Both the position numbers and the translations under genes were made by a program. A DNA stretch of 64,000 nt, from contig JAHPZE010000002.1 of NCBI GenBank assembly GCA_019058365.1, positions 266,991 to 330,990 of the forward strand, in the 5' to 3' direction. The stretch is from Promethearchaeota archaeon (GTDB lineage: Archaea > Asgardarchaeota > Lokiarchaeia > Sigyniarchaeales > SOKP01). The notes under the pieces are model-generated. The model saw only the letters and a list, made by a program, of their open reading frames with translations. It had not been told where the DNA came from and did no database searches. Below are positions 41,413 through 50,682 of the stretch, in pieces (positions within the stretch are counted from its first letter, which is position 1; every line of letters begins with the position of its first letter).

Positions 41413-41932
41413 AAATCAATCAAATATTGATTTTAGATTTATGTCATTTTTCTTTAAAATTCGTGATAAAATTCACCCTCCTATAGAAAAAATTATAAAA
41501 GCCAACATTAAACAAGGAGATATAGTTTTAGATTATGGTTGCGGATCAGGAAGTTATTCAATAGCTGCTGTTGAGATAGTAGGATCAAATGGGAAAATTT
41601 TTGCTGCAGATATTCATCCATTAGCATTGGAGAAAGTCAGAAAAAAAGCTGAAAAAAAAGGTTGTACTAATATTGAAACAATTCAAACCGATTGTGCTAC
41701 TGGATTAGATAATGAATATATTGATAAAGTAATTTGTTTTGATGTATTTCATGACATCCCTCATAAAAATGATCTATTAAAAGAATTTCATCGAGTTTTA
41801 AAATCAAAATCAATACTTTCCTTTGATGATCATCATATGAATGAAGATGAGATAATAGATTGCATCACTTCCAAAGGGCTCTTTAAATTAGTTGAAAAGA
41901 AGGATCAACAATATAATTTTATTAAAATCTAG
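41399..41932 (+). CDS. Class I SAM-dependent methyltransferase
   Basis: VLDYGCGSG, FHD, HRVLK. Confidence 0.85.
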   Translation: MKKNKNQSNIDFRFMSFFFKIRDKIHPPIEKIIKANIKQGDIVLDYGCGSGSYSIAAVEIVGSNGKIFAADIHPLALEKVRKKAEKKGCTNIETIQTDCATGLDNEYIDKVICFDVFHDIPHKNDLLKEFHRVLKSKSILSFDDHHMNEDEIIDCITSKGLFKLVEKKDQQYNFIKI

Positions 41933-41944
41933 GTGGAAACAAAA

Positions 41945-42715
41945 ATGGAAGATAAACCTAAATATGGATGGTATGTGAAGGATCTAATTATTGGATTCAA
42001 TATCATAGGATTAATAGGATTATCTGCTTTTATTTACGGATTTTTAATAGACGGTATAGCACAAATATTTCTAATAATTTCAGGATTAGCTGTTGTTTTG
42101 GTATTTTTATGGCCAGGTATCGGAATGATAATACTGAATCTATATTTATTACGAAAAATACCTAAAATAGATTTAATTGCTAGAATGAAAGCATTAGATG
42201 AAATAAGTAATCCACAGATTTTAGATGTTGGATGTGGAACTGGAAGAACAGCAATTAAGATTGCTAAGGCATTAAAAAATGGAGGACATTTATTTGGAAT
42301 TGATATTTATTCGAAAATGGCAATTTCAGGAAACAGTTTAGATACTGTACAAAATAATGCTATAGTTGAAAAAGTGGAAGAAAGAACTACGTTTAAAAAT
42401 GGTTCTGCTATAGACATCCCTTTTGAAAACAATAGTTTCGATATTGTTAATGTTTCTTCAGTACTCCATGAAATACATGATCCAAACGGGCAAGATAAAG
42501 CAATGAAAGAGCTTTATCGAGTTTTAAAACCGGGTGGATATCTTTACTTGAGTGAATGGAACCGAACGTCATGGCAATTAATAGCATTTAGTGGGTTGTG
42601 TTGCTTTGTTTTTAAGCATAAGGATTACTGGGAGAAATTACTCAAAGAAAATAAATTTAAGAATATAATATATGAGAACATCACAGGTTTTGGAATTTTT
42701 ACCGTAAGAAAATAA
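41945..42715 (+). CDS. Membrane-anchored class I SAM-dependent methyltransferase
   Basis: Two N-terminal TM segments; ILDVGCGTG, RVLKPGG. Confidence 0.85.
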   Translation: MEDKPKYGWYVKDLIIGFNIIGLIGLSAFIYGFLIDGIAQIFLIISGLAVVLVFLWPGIGMIILNLYLLRKIPKIDLIARMKALDEISNPQILDVGCGTGRTAIKIAKALKNGGHLFGIDIYSKMAISGNSLDTVQNNAIVEKVEERTTFKNGSAIDIPFENNSFDIVNVSSVLHEIHDPNGQDKAMKELYRVLKPGGYLYLSEWNRTSWQLIAFSGLCCFVFKHKDYWEKLLKENKFKNIIYENITGFGIFTVRK

Positions 42716-42722
42716 ATTTTTT

Positions 42723-43265
42723 TTATTCTATTTTTTTATTTTTAAAAATAATACCTTCTTCAATCCAACTCCAATGTAACATTGGTCGTCTAAATTCTCC
42801 TTCAAATTCAAAACTAGATTTTTTTATCTGTTCTTGGACTTTATTTAATTGAATTCCATAAGAACCTATATGAGTAGCATGATAAGATAAAAATCCGGAT
42901 TTATCTTTTAAAACTCGATGTATTTCATTTAATAATTTGATTCTATCTTCTTTATCGAGTAAATGATACACATCATACATTAACACAACATCTATAAAAT
43001 TGTTCTTCAATGGAATCGATATTTTTTTCAAAGTCTTTATGATTTCAATATTCTTAATATTTTGAGACTTAATTTTATTAGATAATTCCTCTAAATGATC
43101 TTCATCGTAATCAAGAGCATAAATTTTACCAGTATTTCCTATAATTCGCGAAGCAATTATTGAATATACTCCTGTTCCACATCCAAAATCTAAGATTTTT
43201 TGTCCACTTTTAATTCCAAATTCTCTAAGTATGCTTTCTCCCTTTGAATTTAACCATTCTTCCAT
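42723..43265 (-). CDS. Class I SAM-dependent methyltransferase
   Basis: ILDFGCGTG, HRVLK; paralogue of the 41399 gene. Confidence 0.85.
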   Translation of the reverse strand: MEEWLNSKGESILREFGIKSGQKILDFGCGTGVYSIIASRIIGNTGKIYALDYDEDHLEELSNKIKSQNIKNIEIIKTLKKISIPLKNNFIDVVLMYDVYHLLDKEDRIKLLNEIHRVLKDKSGFLSYHATHIGSYGIQLNKVQEQIKKSSFEFEGEFRRPMLHWSWIEEGIIFKNKKIE

Positions 43266-43355
43266 GTTTATTTCTACTTTTTATTATTTATTAAAATAAA
43301 GGATATGAAAAATTTCTATAATAAGAAAGAATTGTGAAAAACATAAAAATAGCCT

Positions 43356-44606
43356 TTAAAGTTTTAAGATAATACTCAATAAAATTGGAAATTGTTCTTC
43401 AGAACCCCAAACGACATAGATTTTATTTTGAATAGGAACAGCTACATGCCTAGCTGCTACAATCCAATCCAATCCAACATTATTTCCCGTCTCAGTTCCT
43501 TCTTTAAATTTAAAATACATTGTCATTCCTAAATAATCTTGAATTTTTATATCCTCAATTTTAATATCTTCAAGATCAAGAATCGTAAATTCTTTTATAT
43601 CAAGATCGGGTTGTATTGGTTCTCTCATTTTTTCTGAAGAAAGTTGTAATGCTGCTCTGATAATAACTTCTTCCTTTACTTTTTTATTATATTCAAAAAT
43701 AATAAGACCACAATCTTTTTCCTTTCCCGTTATTCCAAGGGTGTTAAAATCAAACGATTTTTTGCTGTATAATTGAAAATCTTTCTTTATTTCTGAGATA
43801 TCCATCCATCCATTCTCAAGCGTCTCACCCATTATATACCGAAAACTCTTTAAAATTTTTAATTCCTCTTCTTTTTGTTGAATTCTTTCATCAAATATGC
43901 TTGTTAAGGGTCTTGCTACAAAATATTGTGCACTTTTTGGTAATAATGGCAATTTTATTATCCATTCTTTGCTAATTAAACGATCAATAATACGATAGAT
44001 AGTTGTTCTTTTAATGGATAAATCTTCATCTAACTCACCTACTTTTGCCCCTTTATTCCCCTTTCTTAGCAAAGCTAAATAAACTTTGGCCTCTTCAATA
44101 CTCAACCCAAATTTAAGTAATCCAAGCTCTTGCAAATTATTTGTATCATCAAGAAGTATTCTTGGAGTTGCCCATTTTAATTCTTCTACTTTTCCTAACT
44201 GGGCATCTAAATCCATATAAGGCTTTTTTGAACTTAAATTGTGTAATGTTCGAGATGCTTCCATCATTCCGAGTCGCATTATTCCATCTGGAGCAATTTT
44301 ACAAATAATCTTCCTCTCTTCATCTTTAAAACCTAAAATTCTTCCTTTTTGAATAGGATCTATCCCAATCAATCTTTCAGGAGTACACTGTATTATTACG
44401 TATTTAATATCTGAAATTGTAAGATAAGTATGCTTCATTAATTTCCAAACCGAGATAATTTCATCAATATCTTCGCTAATATTCCAATTCTCTGTTGAAT
44501 ATTCTATTTCTCTATCTCCTTTAATTATTGCGGCTGAAATTGTTTTTGATTCAGATTCTATGAGTTTATTTAGAGCATATTTTACCTTTTCCATATTTAG
44601 CTTCAT
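43356..44606 (-). CDS. Profilin-like domain fused to TrmB-family HTH regulator
   Basis: Residues ~1-125 (AAII...TENWNISEDID...LTISDIKYVIIQCTPERLIG...KGRIL) match Lokiarchaeal profilin motifs; then FGLSIEEAKVYLAL...RTTIYRIIDRL. Confidence 0.75.
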   Translation of the reverse strand: MKLNMEKVKYALNKLIESESKTISAAIIKGDREIEYSTENWNISEDIDEIISVWKLMKHTYLTISDIKYVIIQCTPERLIGIDPIQKGRILGFKDEERKIICKIAPDGIMRLGMMEASRTLHNLSSKKPYMDLDAQLGKVEELKWATPRILLDDTNNLQELGLLKFGLSIEEAKVYLALLRKGNKGAKVGELDEDLSIKRTTIYRIIDRLISKEWIIKLPLLPKSAQYFVARPLTSIFDERIQQKEEELKILKSFRYIMGETLENGWMDISEIKKDFQLYSKKSFDFNTLGITGKEKDCGLIIFEYNKKVKEEVIIRAALQLSSEKMREPIQPDLDIKEFTILDLEDIKIEDIKIQDYLGMTMYFKFKEGTETGNNVGLDWIVAARHVAVPIQNKIYVVWGSEEQFPILLSIILKL

Positions 44607-44653
44607 CTTCTCTTTTTATATTAAGTTAAAAAAAAAAAATATTTTACAATTAG

Positions 44654-44860
44654 TTATTTTTCTCCAAATTTTTTTTTTATTTCATCTAATACCTTTTTAA
44701 AATAGCTTTTTTCTTTAGATTCCTGAATTTCTATAAAATAGTCAGGCACGATTAATTTCTTAGATTCTCTTTTTATCTCTACGTCTATCCAAATTATCCC
44801 ATCATCCAACACGATACAAGGTATACCTTCCAAAAGTTTTATTCGTGTCATTTTCATCAC
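44654..44860 (-). CDS. Small hypothetical protein between actin and the profilin-TF
   Basis: 68-aa co-oriented ORF; gaps of 27 and 47 nt. Confidence 0.55.
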   Translation of the reverse strand: MMKMTRIKLLEGIPCIVLDDGIIWIDVEIKRESKKLIVPDYFIEIQESKEKSYFKKVLDEIKKKFGEK

Positions 44861-44887
44861 TTTTAATTAATTTTTAATTGAAAGAGT

Positions 44888-46033
44888 TTAAAAACATCGA
44901 TGGATAACTTGAGGCCCCATCTCCTTGTATTCTCTTCGAGTAATCCACATTCTATGAAATGTTTTTAAGGAACTTAAGATAGATCCTCCTATCCACACAG
45001 AATACATTCTTTCTGGAGGAGCGATTATCTTTACATCTATAGATTCAGCAACTTGTTCCTTTATTTCTCGAGTTAGACGTTCTTTAATTCCCGGAAACAT
45101 TGTAGAACCACCTGAAAGGACAATATTACTATAAAGATCTCTTCGTAAATCTACATCGCATTCAGAAATTGCTCCTACTACTACATCATCTAAAGGAGCT
45201 AATTCCTTACCAACCACAGAAGGATTAAATAAGCACTCTGGAGCTAAGAATCTTTCAATCCCTATTGTAATTGTTTCACCATCTGGAAGCATGAAATTCT
45301 TTGCCATACCAGCTACTTTATTTGAAAGTAAAATCTCTTTTTCAGGTTCAATAGCAACATAGCAAAGTTTTTCTTTTATTTCTCTTACAATCTGTTTTTC
45401 TGCAGAAGTATAAAATGAGTATCCATTTTGCCTTAATAATCTTTGTAAGTACGTTGTAACATCCCTTCCAGCAAGATCAATTCGCTCTATTGCATGGCTT
45501 AATGCAAATCCCTCAAAAATTGGTACAATATGTGCTACTCCATCCCCTATATCTACTACACATCCAGTAGTTCGACCAGAAGCGTAAAGTGATAAGACTG
45601 CTTGTGTTGCGATATAAAGAGCAGGAACATTGAATGTCTCGAACATTATTTCGGCCATTTTTTCTCTATTCGATCTTGGATTTAAAGGAGCTTCTGTTAA
45701 TAACACTGGAAATTCTGAAGGATCGATTCTTAGATCAGTATAGAATGTATAATGATATATTCTTTCCATTGCTGGCCAATCCTCAACGACTCCATGTTCA
45801 ATAGGAAACTGTAAATTCATTATTCCTTTTAATTCCATAGCTTCCTCACCAATATACCACTCACGGCTATAATCCTTTACATCAGGCATAATATTTCCAT
45901 ATTTTGGTTTACCGATAACAGTAGGGAATACTGAACGAGGTTGATCTTCTCCTCCAAATCCATTTTTTGATATCCCTGTCCCATTATCTATAACAATTGC
46001 TCTATTTTTTCTAAAATCCCCGTTGACTGAAAT
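44888..46033 (-). CDS. Eukaryote-like Asgard actin, 381 aa from an ATT start
   Basis: PIEHG, LLTEAPLNP, YASGRTTG, LPDG, SGGSTMFPG, SVWIGGSIL, HRCF. The phosphate-1 loop IVIDNGTG..K.GF lies in frame upstream of ATG 45889. Confidence 0.93.
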   Translation of the reverse strand: MSVNGDFRKNRAIVIDNGTGISKNGFGGEDQPRSVFPTVIGKPKYGNIMPDVKDYSREWYIGEEAMELKGIMNLQFPIEHGVVEDWPAMERIYHYTFYTDLRIDPSEFPVLLTEAPLNPRSNREKMAEIMFETFNVPALYIATQAVLSLYASGRTTGCVVDIGDGVAHIVPIFEGFALSHAIERIDLAGRDVTTYLQRLLRQNGYSFYTSAEKQIVREIKEKLCYVAIEPEKEILLSNKVAGMAKNFMLPDGETITIGIERFLAPECLFNPSVVGKELAPLDDVVVGAISECDVDLRRDLYSNIVLSGGSTMFPGIKERLTREIKEQVAESIDVKIIAPPERMYSVWIGGSILSSLKTFHRMWITRREYKEMGPQVIHRCF

Positions 46034-46098
46034 TTTAAAACCACCTCTTTTTTATTTTATTGTTTTATAGATAGAATGAAAATCATAATATTTAAAAC

Positions 46099-46118
46099 TT
46101 GTCACATAATGGTGACAA
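46099..46118. promoter_or_regulatory. Palindrome TTGTC-N10-GACAA at the actin promoter
   Basis: ttgtcacataatggtgacaa, adjacent to the minus-strand TATA-like TTTTAAATA (46089-46097). Confidence 0.65.
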
Positions 46119-46197
46119 TTATGTTATGCAACTTTAACAACAATCAAGAAATCAAAAATAATTATTTTAAAATTATTATAAAGCAAAGAAGAGTATA

Positions 46198-46626
46198 ATG
46201 ACGCGTTTAACTAGTACTGAAATAAGTTGTCTTCACTGTCAAAATTCTTTTCGAGTTAATTGGGAAGCATCAATTAATACTTGGTTAAATCCAGAATTAA
46301 TCCAAAAATTACTTGATGACAAATATTACTATAAATGTCCGAATTGTAAGAATCAAATACATTTAGTTACAAAGATATTAATTAATTGTCCTAAAGGTAT
46401 GTTTTGGATATCAAATGATGAAGATTTAGAAATCAAAAAAAGAATTTTAAAAGAATATAATGTTTTAAATGAAGAGGGTAAGATTTTAACTCCTATCATA
46501 GGCATAGATCGTCCTGAGGTAAATCACACTAGTTTAATTTCAGAGATAGGTGATGAAATTCAAAAATTATATGATGAATTTTTAAAAAAAGACACAAATC
46601 AAATAAATGAAAAGAAAAATGAATAA
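46198..46626 (+). CDS. CpXC-domain zinc-ribbon protein
   Basis: CLHC...SINT..NPEL...CPNC. Confidence 0.7.
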   Translation: MTRLTSTEISCLHCQNSFRVNWEASINTWLNPELIQKLLDDKYYYKCPNCKNQIHLVTKILINCPKGMFWISNDEDLEIKKRILKEYNVLNEEGKILTPIIGIDRPEVNHTSLISEIGDEIQKLYDEFLKKDTNQINEKKNE

Positions 46627-46648
46627 TAAAAAAATAGAGAGTCGTTAT

Positions 46649-49504
46649 TTATTCCAATTTTTTTTGAGCGAAACTAATATTTTTCTTAATAGAAGTTGCT
46701 AAGGGTGAATCATTAAACTCGATTTCCTCTAAGAAATTCATAGCAATATTGAATTTATCTAGAGCTTCTTGGTATTTTCCTTGTTTAAAATATATTAACC
46801 CGATTCTATTGTTATATTTAGATTTTTTTGTTTTTTGTATTTTTTCTTCTAATTCGTCAGAAATCTTTAATGCTTTTTCATATAATTTTATCGCTTCAAC
46901 TTGATTCCCTAATTTGTTATTCATATTAGCAATATTACTCAAATCAGTGGCAGTTTCAGCTAAATCACCAAGAATCTCATGAACCTTCATTAATTTATCA
47001 AAATATTCCAAAGCTGCTTGAAATTCTTTTTGTTTTTCATATGTTTTTGAAAGACTATTAAGGAGTATAACTTGCCATTCAAGATTCTCTAATTTTTCAC
47101 TAATTTCTAATGCTTCTTTCCATTTTTCAATAGCAATTAAAGGATTTCCAATGGTATTATTAATTAGTCCAATTGTATTAAGACATAAAGCTTTATCAGG
47201 AAGGTTATTATATTTTGTATATATTTCAAGAGCCTTTTCGTATGAACCTAATGCTTCATCATAATTTTCTAAGCCAGTATATAGCTGTCCAATCGCATTT
47301 AAAGTAGTGGCCTTTTCTAGGTGATTTTCTATTTTTTCAGTAATTTCTAATGAATTTTTATAATATTCTAGTGCTTTCGTATGATCTCCTTGAACTCTAT
47401 AACTATTACCTATATTATTCATAATAATAGAAATTGATAATTGATTTCCCAATTGCTCAAATATTTCTGTAGCTTCTTTATAATACTCTATCGCATCAGA
47501 AAAGTTTTCTTGCCTTTCAAAAACTGTACCAATGTTGTTTAATGATACAGCAATGTCGGGTAGATTTTTTAACTTTTTATTTAATTCAAGTCCCTTTTTA
47601 TACCAGTTTAGAGCTTCTGTGTACATTTCTTGATCAAAATATACACCACCAATATTGCAATACACTGCAGCTTTATCAGCCTCTATCTTTAGTTTTTCTT
47701 TAATTTCAAGAGATTGATGATATATTTCTAAAGATTTTTCGAACTTTTTGAGATGTTGATAAACTAATGCCAAATTATTTAGACTAATAGCCTTACTTGT
47801 CAAATTCCCAACTCTTTCAGTTAATTCAAGCGCTTTTTCAAACCATTTTAAAGCTTCATAGTCATCTCCGAGATCAAAATGTATTAAACCTATATTGTTG
47901 TATGATACTGCTATTCCTGGAAAGTTAGCTAATTGTTCATCAATTGCCAGAGAATCAAGGTAATATTTTAGAGCTATGTTAATATCACCTTTGTCATAAT
48001 AGAGGCTTCCAATATCGTTTAAGCATTTTGATTTTGCTGAAAGATCTCCAACTTTTTCAGTTAATTTTAGAGCAGTTTGATATTTTTTTAGTGACTCATC
48101 AAATTCTCCTAAATTTTGAAGAGTATTCCCCATATTAATTAAATATATACCTTTCCTTTGATCATCCTGCAAATTTTCTGCAATTTTCAAAGCATGTTCA
48201 TAGCTTTTTAAGGCTTCATCATATTTACCCTGTTCTTCATAAATCTTTCCAATATTTGCATAGCTCCCTGGCTTTTCTGACGCTAAACCTAGCTCTTCAT
48301 CAATTTGAATAGATTCATGATATTTTTCTAAAGCTTCTTCGTAATTACTTTGATTATAATTGATAAATCCAATGTTACTTAATATCACTGATTTGTTTTC
48401 TAAATCGCCTGTATTAGATGAAATCTCAATCATTTCTTTCGCACATCTCATTGCATCATCATACATACCTAAATCAAGATATATCTTATGAGGTATAAAG
48501 TATTTCGTAAATTTACTCGGTTTGTCAATATTAATTTTTAGCCATTCTAACGGATTCACTTCAGAATCATTATGATTAATAGGAGGTTTAGTTTTCATCA
48601 TTTCTTTTATTAATCGAGATGTATTTACATCAACTCTATATATATGTTCAGCAAAATCCATTCGCTTAATATCTGCAAGAATTTGATTTACTTTGCTTAT
48701 AGTATCATAATTTTTCAATGTCTCTTCGTCAATTTCAAAAATGTGAGCTTTATTTGCATCATCTTTAATATAATTTATCCAGATAACGTTTTTAATGTTT
48801 TTAAGTGCTTTTATAGTTGGAACGACATCAAAATCGTCACTTCCAGAATAACCCATAATTATAAATGAACGGTTTTTTGAGATATTTTCGAATAGATCCC
48901 GTTTAAATAGCTCGACTTGAAAAACATTCACCCCTTCTTTATTTGAGCCAAATGCTTGAATTGTAGCAACCAATGTATTACTAGTATCTTCACCTTTTAT
49001 TAGATTTTTCTTTGAACCATGGATTTTATAAAGAGTTTTCAATCCTCTTGCATAAAGATTTTCAGGGTCATTGTATTTTTCAAAATTCTTTTGAGTTATA
49101 ATTATCTTTAATTCCTCTTTAGGAATCCCAATCTGGAGTAATGCATGTTCTATTAAAAAATCAAAATTAGTTGTCATTACAAAATTGCCGTTATTTATCA
49201 TCTCAGCGAGAAAAAAGTGTTGAATATTTGGATTTTCACATTCTCCATAATAATCAATAATTTTCAAATCATCATCTATATTATCTCGCACTATTTCAAC
49301 TAATGCTTCAAATCTTAGATTCTCTAATCGAGATATTTTTTCTACCTCCGATTCAACACAGGTATATTGAATGATTGCATCCATCATTGGACGTCCAGCT
49401 GGTAATCTTGAAGGAGCATCTACAGAACACCCCGCACCAACAAGAAATGTAAGTTTTTGGTCTTTCCCAATTAGTTCATTTATTGAGAAATTTACTTCTT
49501 CCAT
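46649..49504 (-). CDS. SIR2-like domain plus long TPR array
   Basis: FLVGAGCS, TTNFD, KIHGS, GYSGSD; many ~40-aa TPR units (NNIG..Y...EAL..Y..SL). Confidence 0.85.
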   Translation of the reverse strand: MEEVNFSINELIGKDQKLTFLVGAGCSVDAPSRLPAGRPMMDAIIQYTCVESEVEKISRLENLRFEALVEIVRDNIDDDLKIIDYYGECENPNIQHFFLAEMINNGNFVMTTNFDFLIEHALLQIGIPKEELKIIITQKNFEKYNDPENLYARGLKTLYKIHGSKKNLIKGEDTSNTLVATIQAFGSNKEGVNVFQVELFKRDLFENISKNRSFIIMGYSGSDDFDVVPTIKALKNIKNVIWINYIKDDANKAHIFEIDEETLKNYDTISKVNQILADIKRMDFAEHIYRVDVNTSRLIKEMMKTKPPINHNDSEVNPLEWLKINIDKPSKFTKYFIPHKIYLDLGMYDDAMRCAKEMIEISSNTGDLENKSVILSNIGFINYNQSNYEEALEKYHESIQIDEELGLASEKPGSYANIGKIYEEQGKYDEALKSYEHALKIAENLQDDQRKGIYLINMGNTLQNLGEFDESLKKYQTALKLTEKVGDLSAKSKCLNDIGSLYYDKGDINIALKYYLDSLAIDEQLANFPGIAVSYNNIGLIHFDLGDDYEALKWFEKALELTERVGNLTSKAISLNNLALVYQHLKKFEKSLEIYHQSLEIKEKLKIEADKAAVYCNIGGVYFDQEMYTEALNWYKKGLELNKKLKNLPDIAVSLNNIGTVFERQENFSDAIEYYKEATEIFEQLGNQLSISIIMNNIGNSYRVQGDHTKALEYYKNSLEITEKIENHLEKATTLNAIGQLYTGLENYDEALGSYEKALEIYTKYNNLPDKALCLNTIGLINNTIGNPLIAIEKWKEALEISEKLENLEWQVILLNSLSKTYEKQKEFQAALEYFDKLMKVHEILGDLAETATDLSNIANMNNKLGNQVEAIKLYEKALKISDELEEKIQKTKKSKYNNRIGLIYFKQGKYQEALDKFNIAMNFLEEIEFNDSPLATSIKKNISFAQKKLE

Positions 49505-49594
49505 ATTAAACTCTTAAATTAATGATTTCTCTTAAAATTATTAGAATATCATAAATGAATAAAATAAGAGTTTTGTAAGGAATAATCTATGAAT

Positions 49595-50008
49595 TTATAG
49601 AAAATTCAATGATGAGATTAGTTGATATTGATCTTCTGATATTTTATCTTTTACTACTTCAAAAAGCTCTAAAAGCACATTGTCGGGAGCTGCTGCCATT
49701 ACATAATTTAAAGGACCAAAATTCTTTATTTCATTAATAAATTGAAACCCTCTTTTTTCCATATGTACTACGAGAGCCTTTAAATCATCGGTTTCAATCC
49801 CCAAATGATGAATAGCTCCTCGTCCTTGGTCCTTAGGTGGTTGATCATAAAAATTAATTTTCGATGATCCGATTGAAATCATTACATTTCGAGCTCCTGC
49901 CATTTTTAAATCAAATAAAACTTTAGCTCCAAACATATCCCGATAAAACTTGATACTCTCATCAAGATTAGAAGCAAAAAGATGTGCATGATGGAGTGAT
50001 GTTTTCAT
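49595..50008 (-). CDS. VOC/glyoxalase family protein
   Basis: LHHAHL...FYRDMFG, IHHLG, PDNVLLEL. Confidence 0.85.
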   Translation of the reverse strand: MKTSLHHAHLFASNLDESIKFYRDMFGAKVLFDLKMAGARNVMISIGSSKINFYDQPPKDQGRGAIHHLGIETDDLKALVVHMEKRGFQFINEIKNFGPLNYVMAAAPDNVLLELFEVVKDKISEDQYQLISSLNFL

Positions 50009-50159
50009 ATTTTTACCTTTTATTATTCATGATATAAATTTTAATATATGAATTATGTAATGATATTATTAAATCTTTATACTTGGTTTCTTTTTGGGTT
50101 TAAATAGGAGAATAGAAATAGAAACCAGGTTATTGATTAAGCTAGAAATCTATTTAAAA

Positions 50160-50573
50160 TCAATTTTTACATTTTTTGCAATATCTATATACTTTTATTT
50201 CTTGGTTAATTGGATGGATTTTTAATTCTTCCATAGTTAAATCCCAGAATTCTTTGATTTTATTCGAAAATAAATCTTCAATCTCATTACATTTTGGGCA
50301 TATGATATGAATGTGAAATTCCAGTTGATTTTCATATCTTTGAACTCCATCGATTTCTATTCGAGTAATTATCCCTAATTCTTCTAAAAGATGTAAAATC
50401 TGATAAACTGTAGATTTACTAATATTTTCAAATCTTTTCTCAACAATTTCAAAAATATCTTCTGCTCTAGGATGATTTTGGTTATTTAATAATGCTTCAA
50501 AAACTGCTATTCTTTGAGGTGTTATTTTAATTCCTTTTTTCTTGAAAAGAACTTTCAAACTTTGCTTACTCAT
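50160..50573 (-). CDS. Fur/PerR family regulator
   Basis: TPQR, HP.AE, STVY, HIHIICPKC, CKKC; divergent from the peroxiredoxin. Confidence 0.9.
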   Translation of the reverse strand: MSKQSLKVLFKKKGIKITPQRIAVFEALLNNQNHPRAEDIFEIVEKRFENISKSTVYQILHLLEELGIITRIEIDGVQRYENQLEFHIHIICPKCNEIEDLFSNKIKEFWDLTMEELKIHPINQEIKVYRYCKKCKN

Positions 50574-50649
50574 AAATAGATTAAAGATTTATATTTTATA
50601 AAACTAGTTATTATAAACTAATAACTATTATCTAATATTAACTTTTAAA

Positions 50650-50664
50650 TAATAATCATTATTA
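50650..50664. promoter_or_regulatory. Fur/Per-box-like 7-1-7 palindrome
   Basis: TAATAAT-C-ATTATTA, 18 nt before the prx ATG. Confidence 0.6.
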
Positions 50665-50682
50665 ACAAAAAAAGTGAAATAA

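Noticed and set aside
46649-48480. Internal DNA repetitiveness
   Set aside because: Explained by TPR protein repeats.
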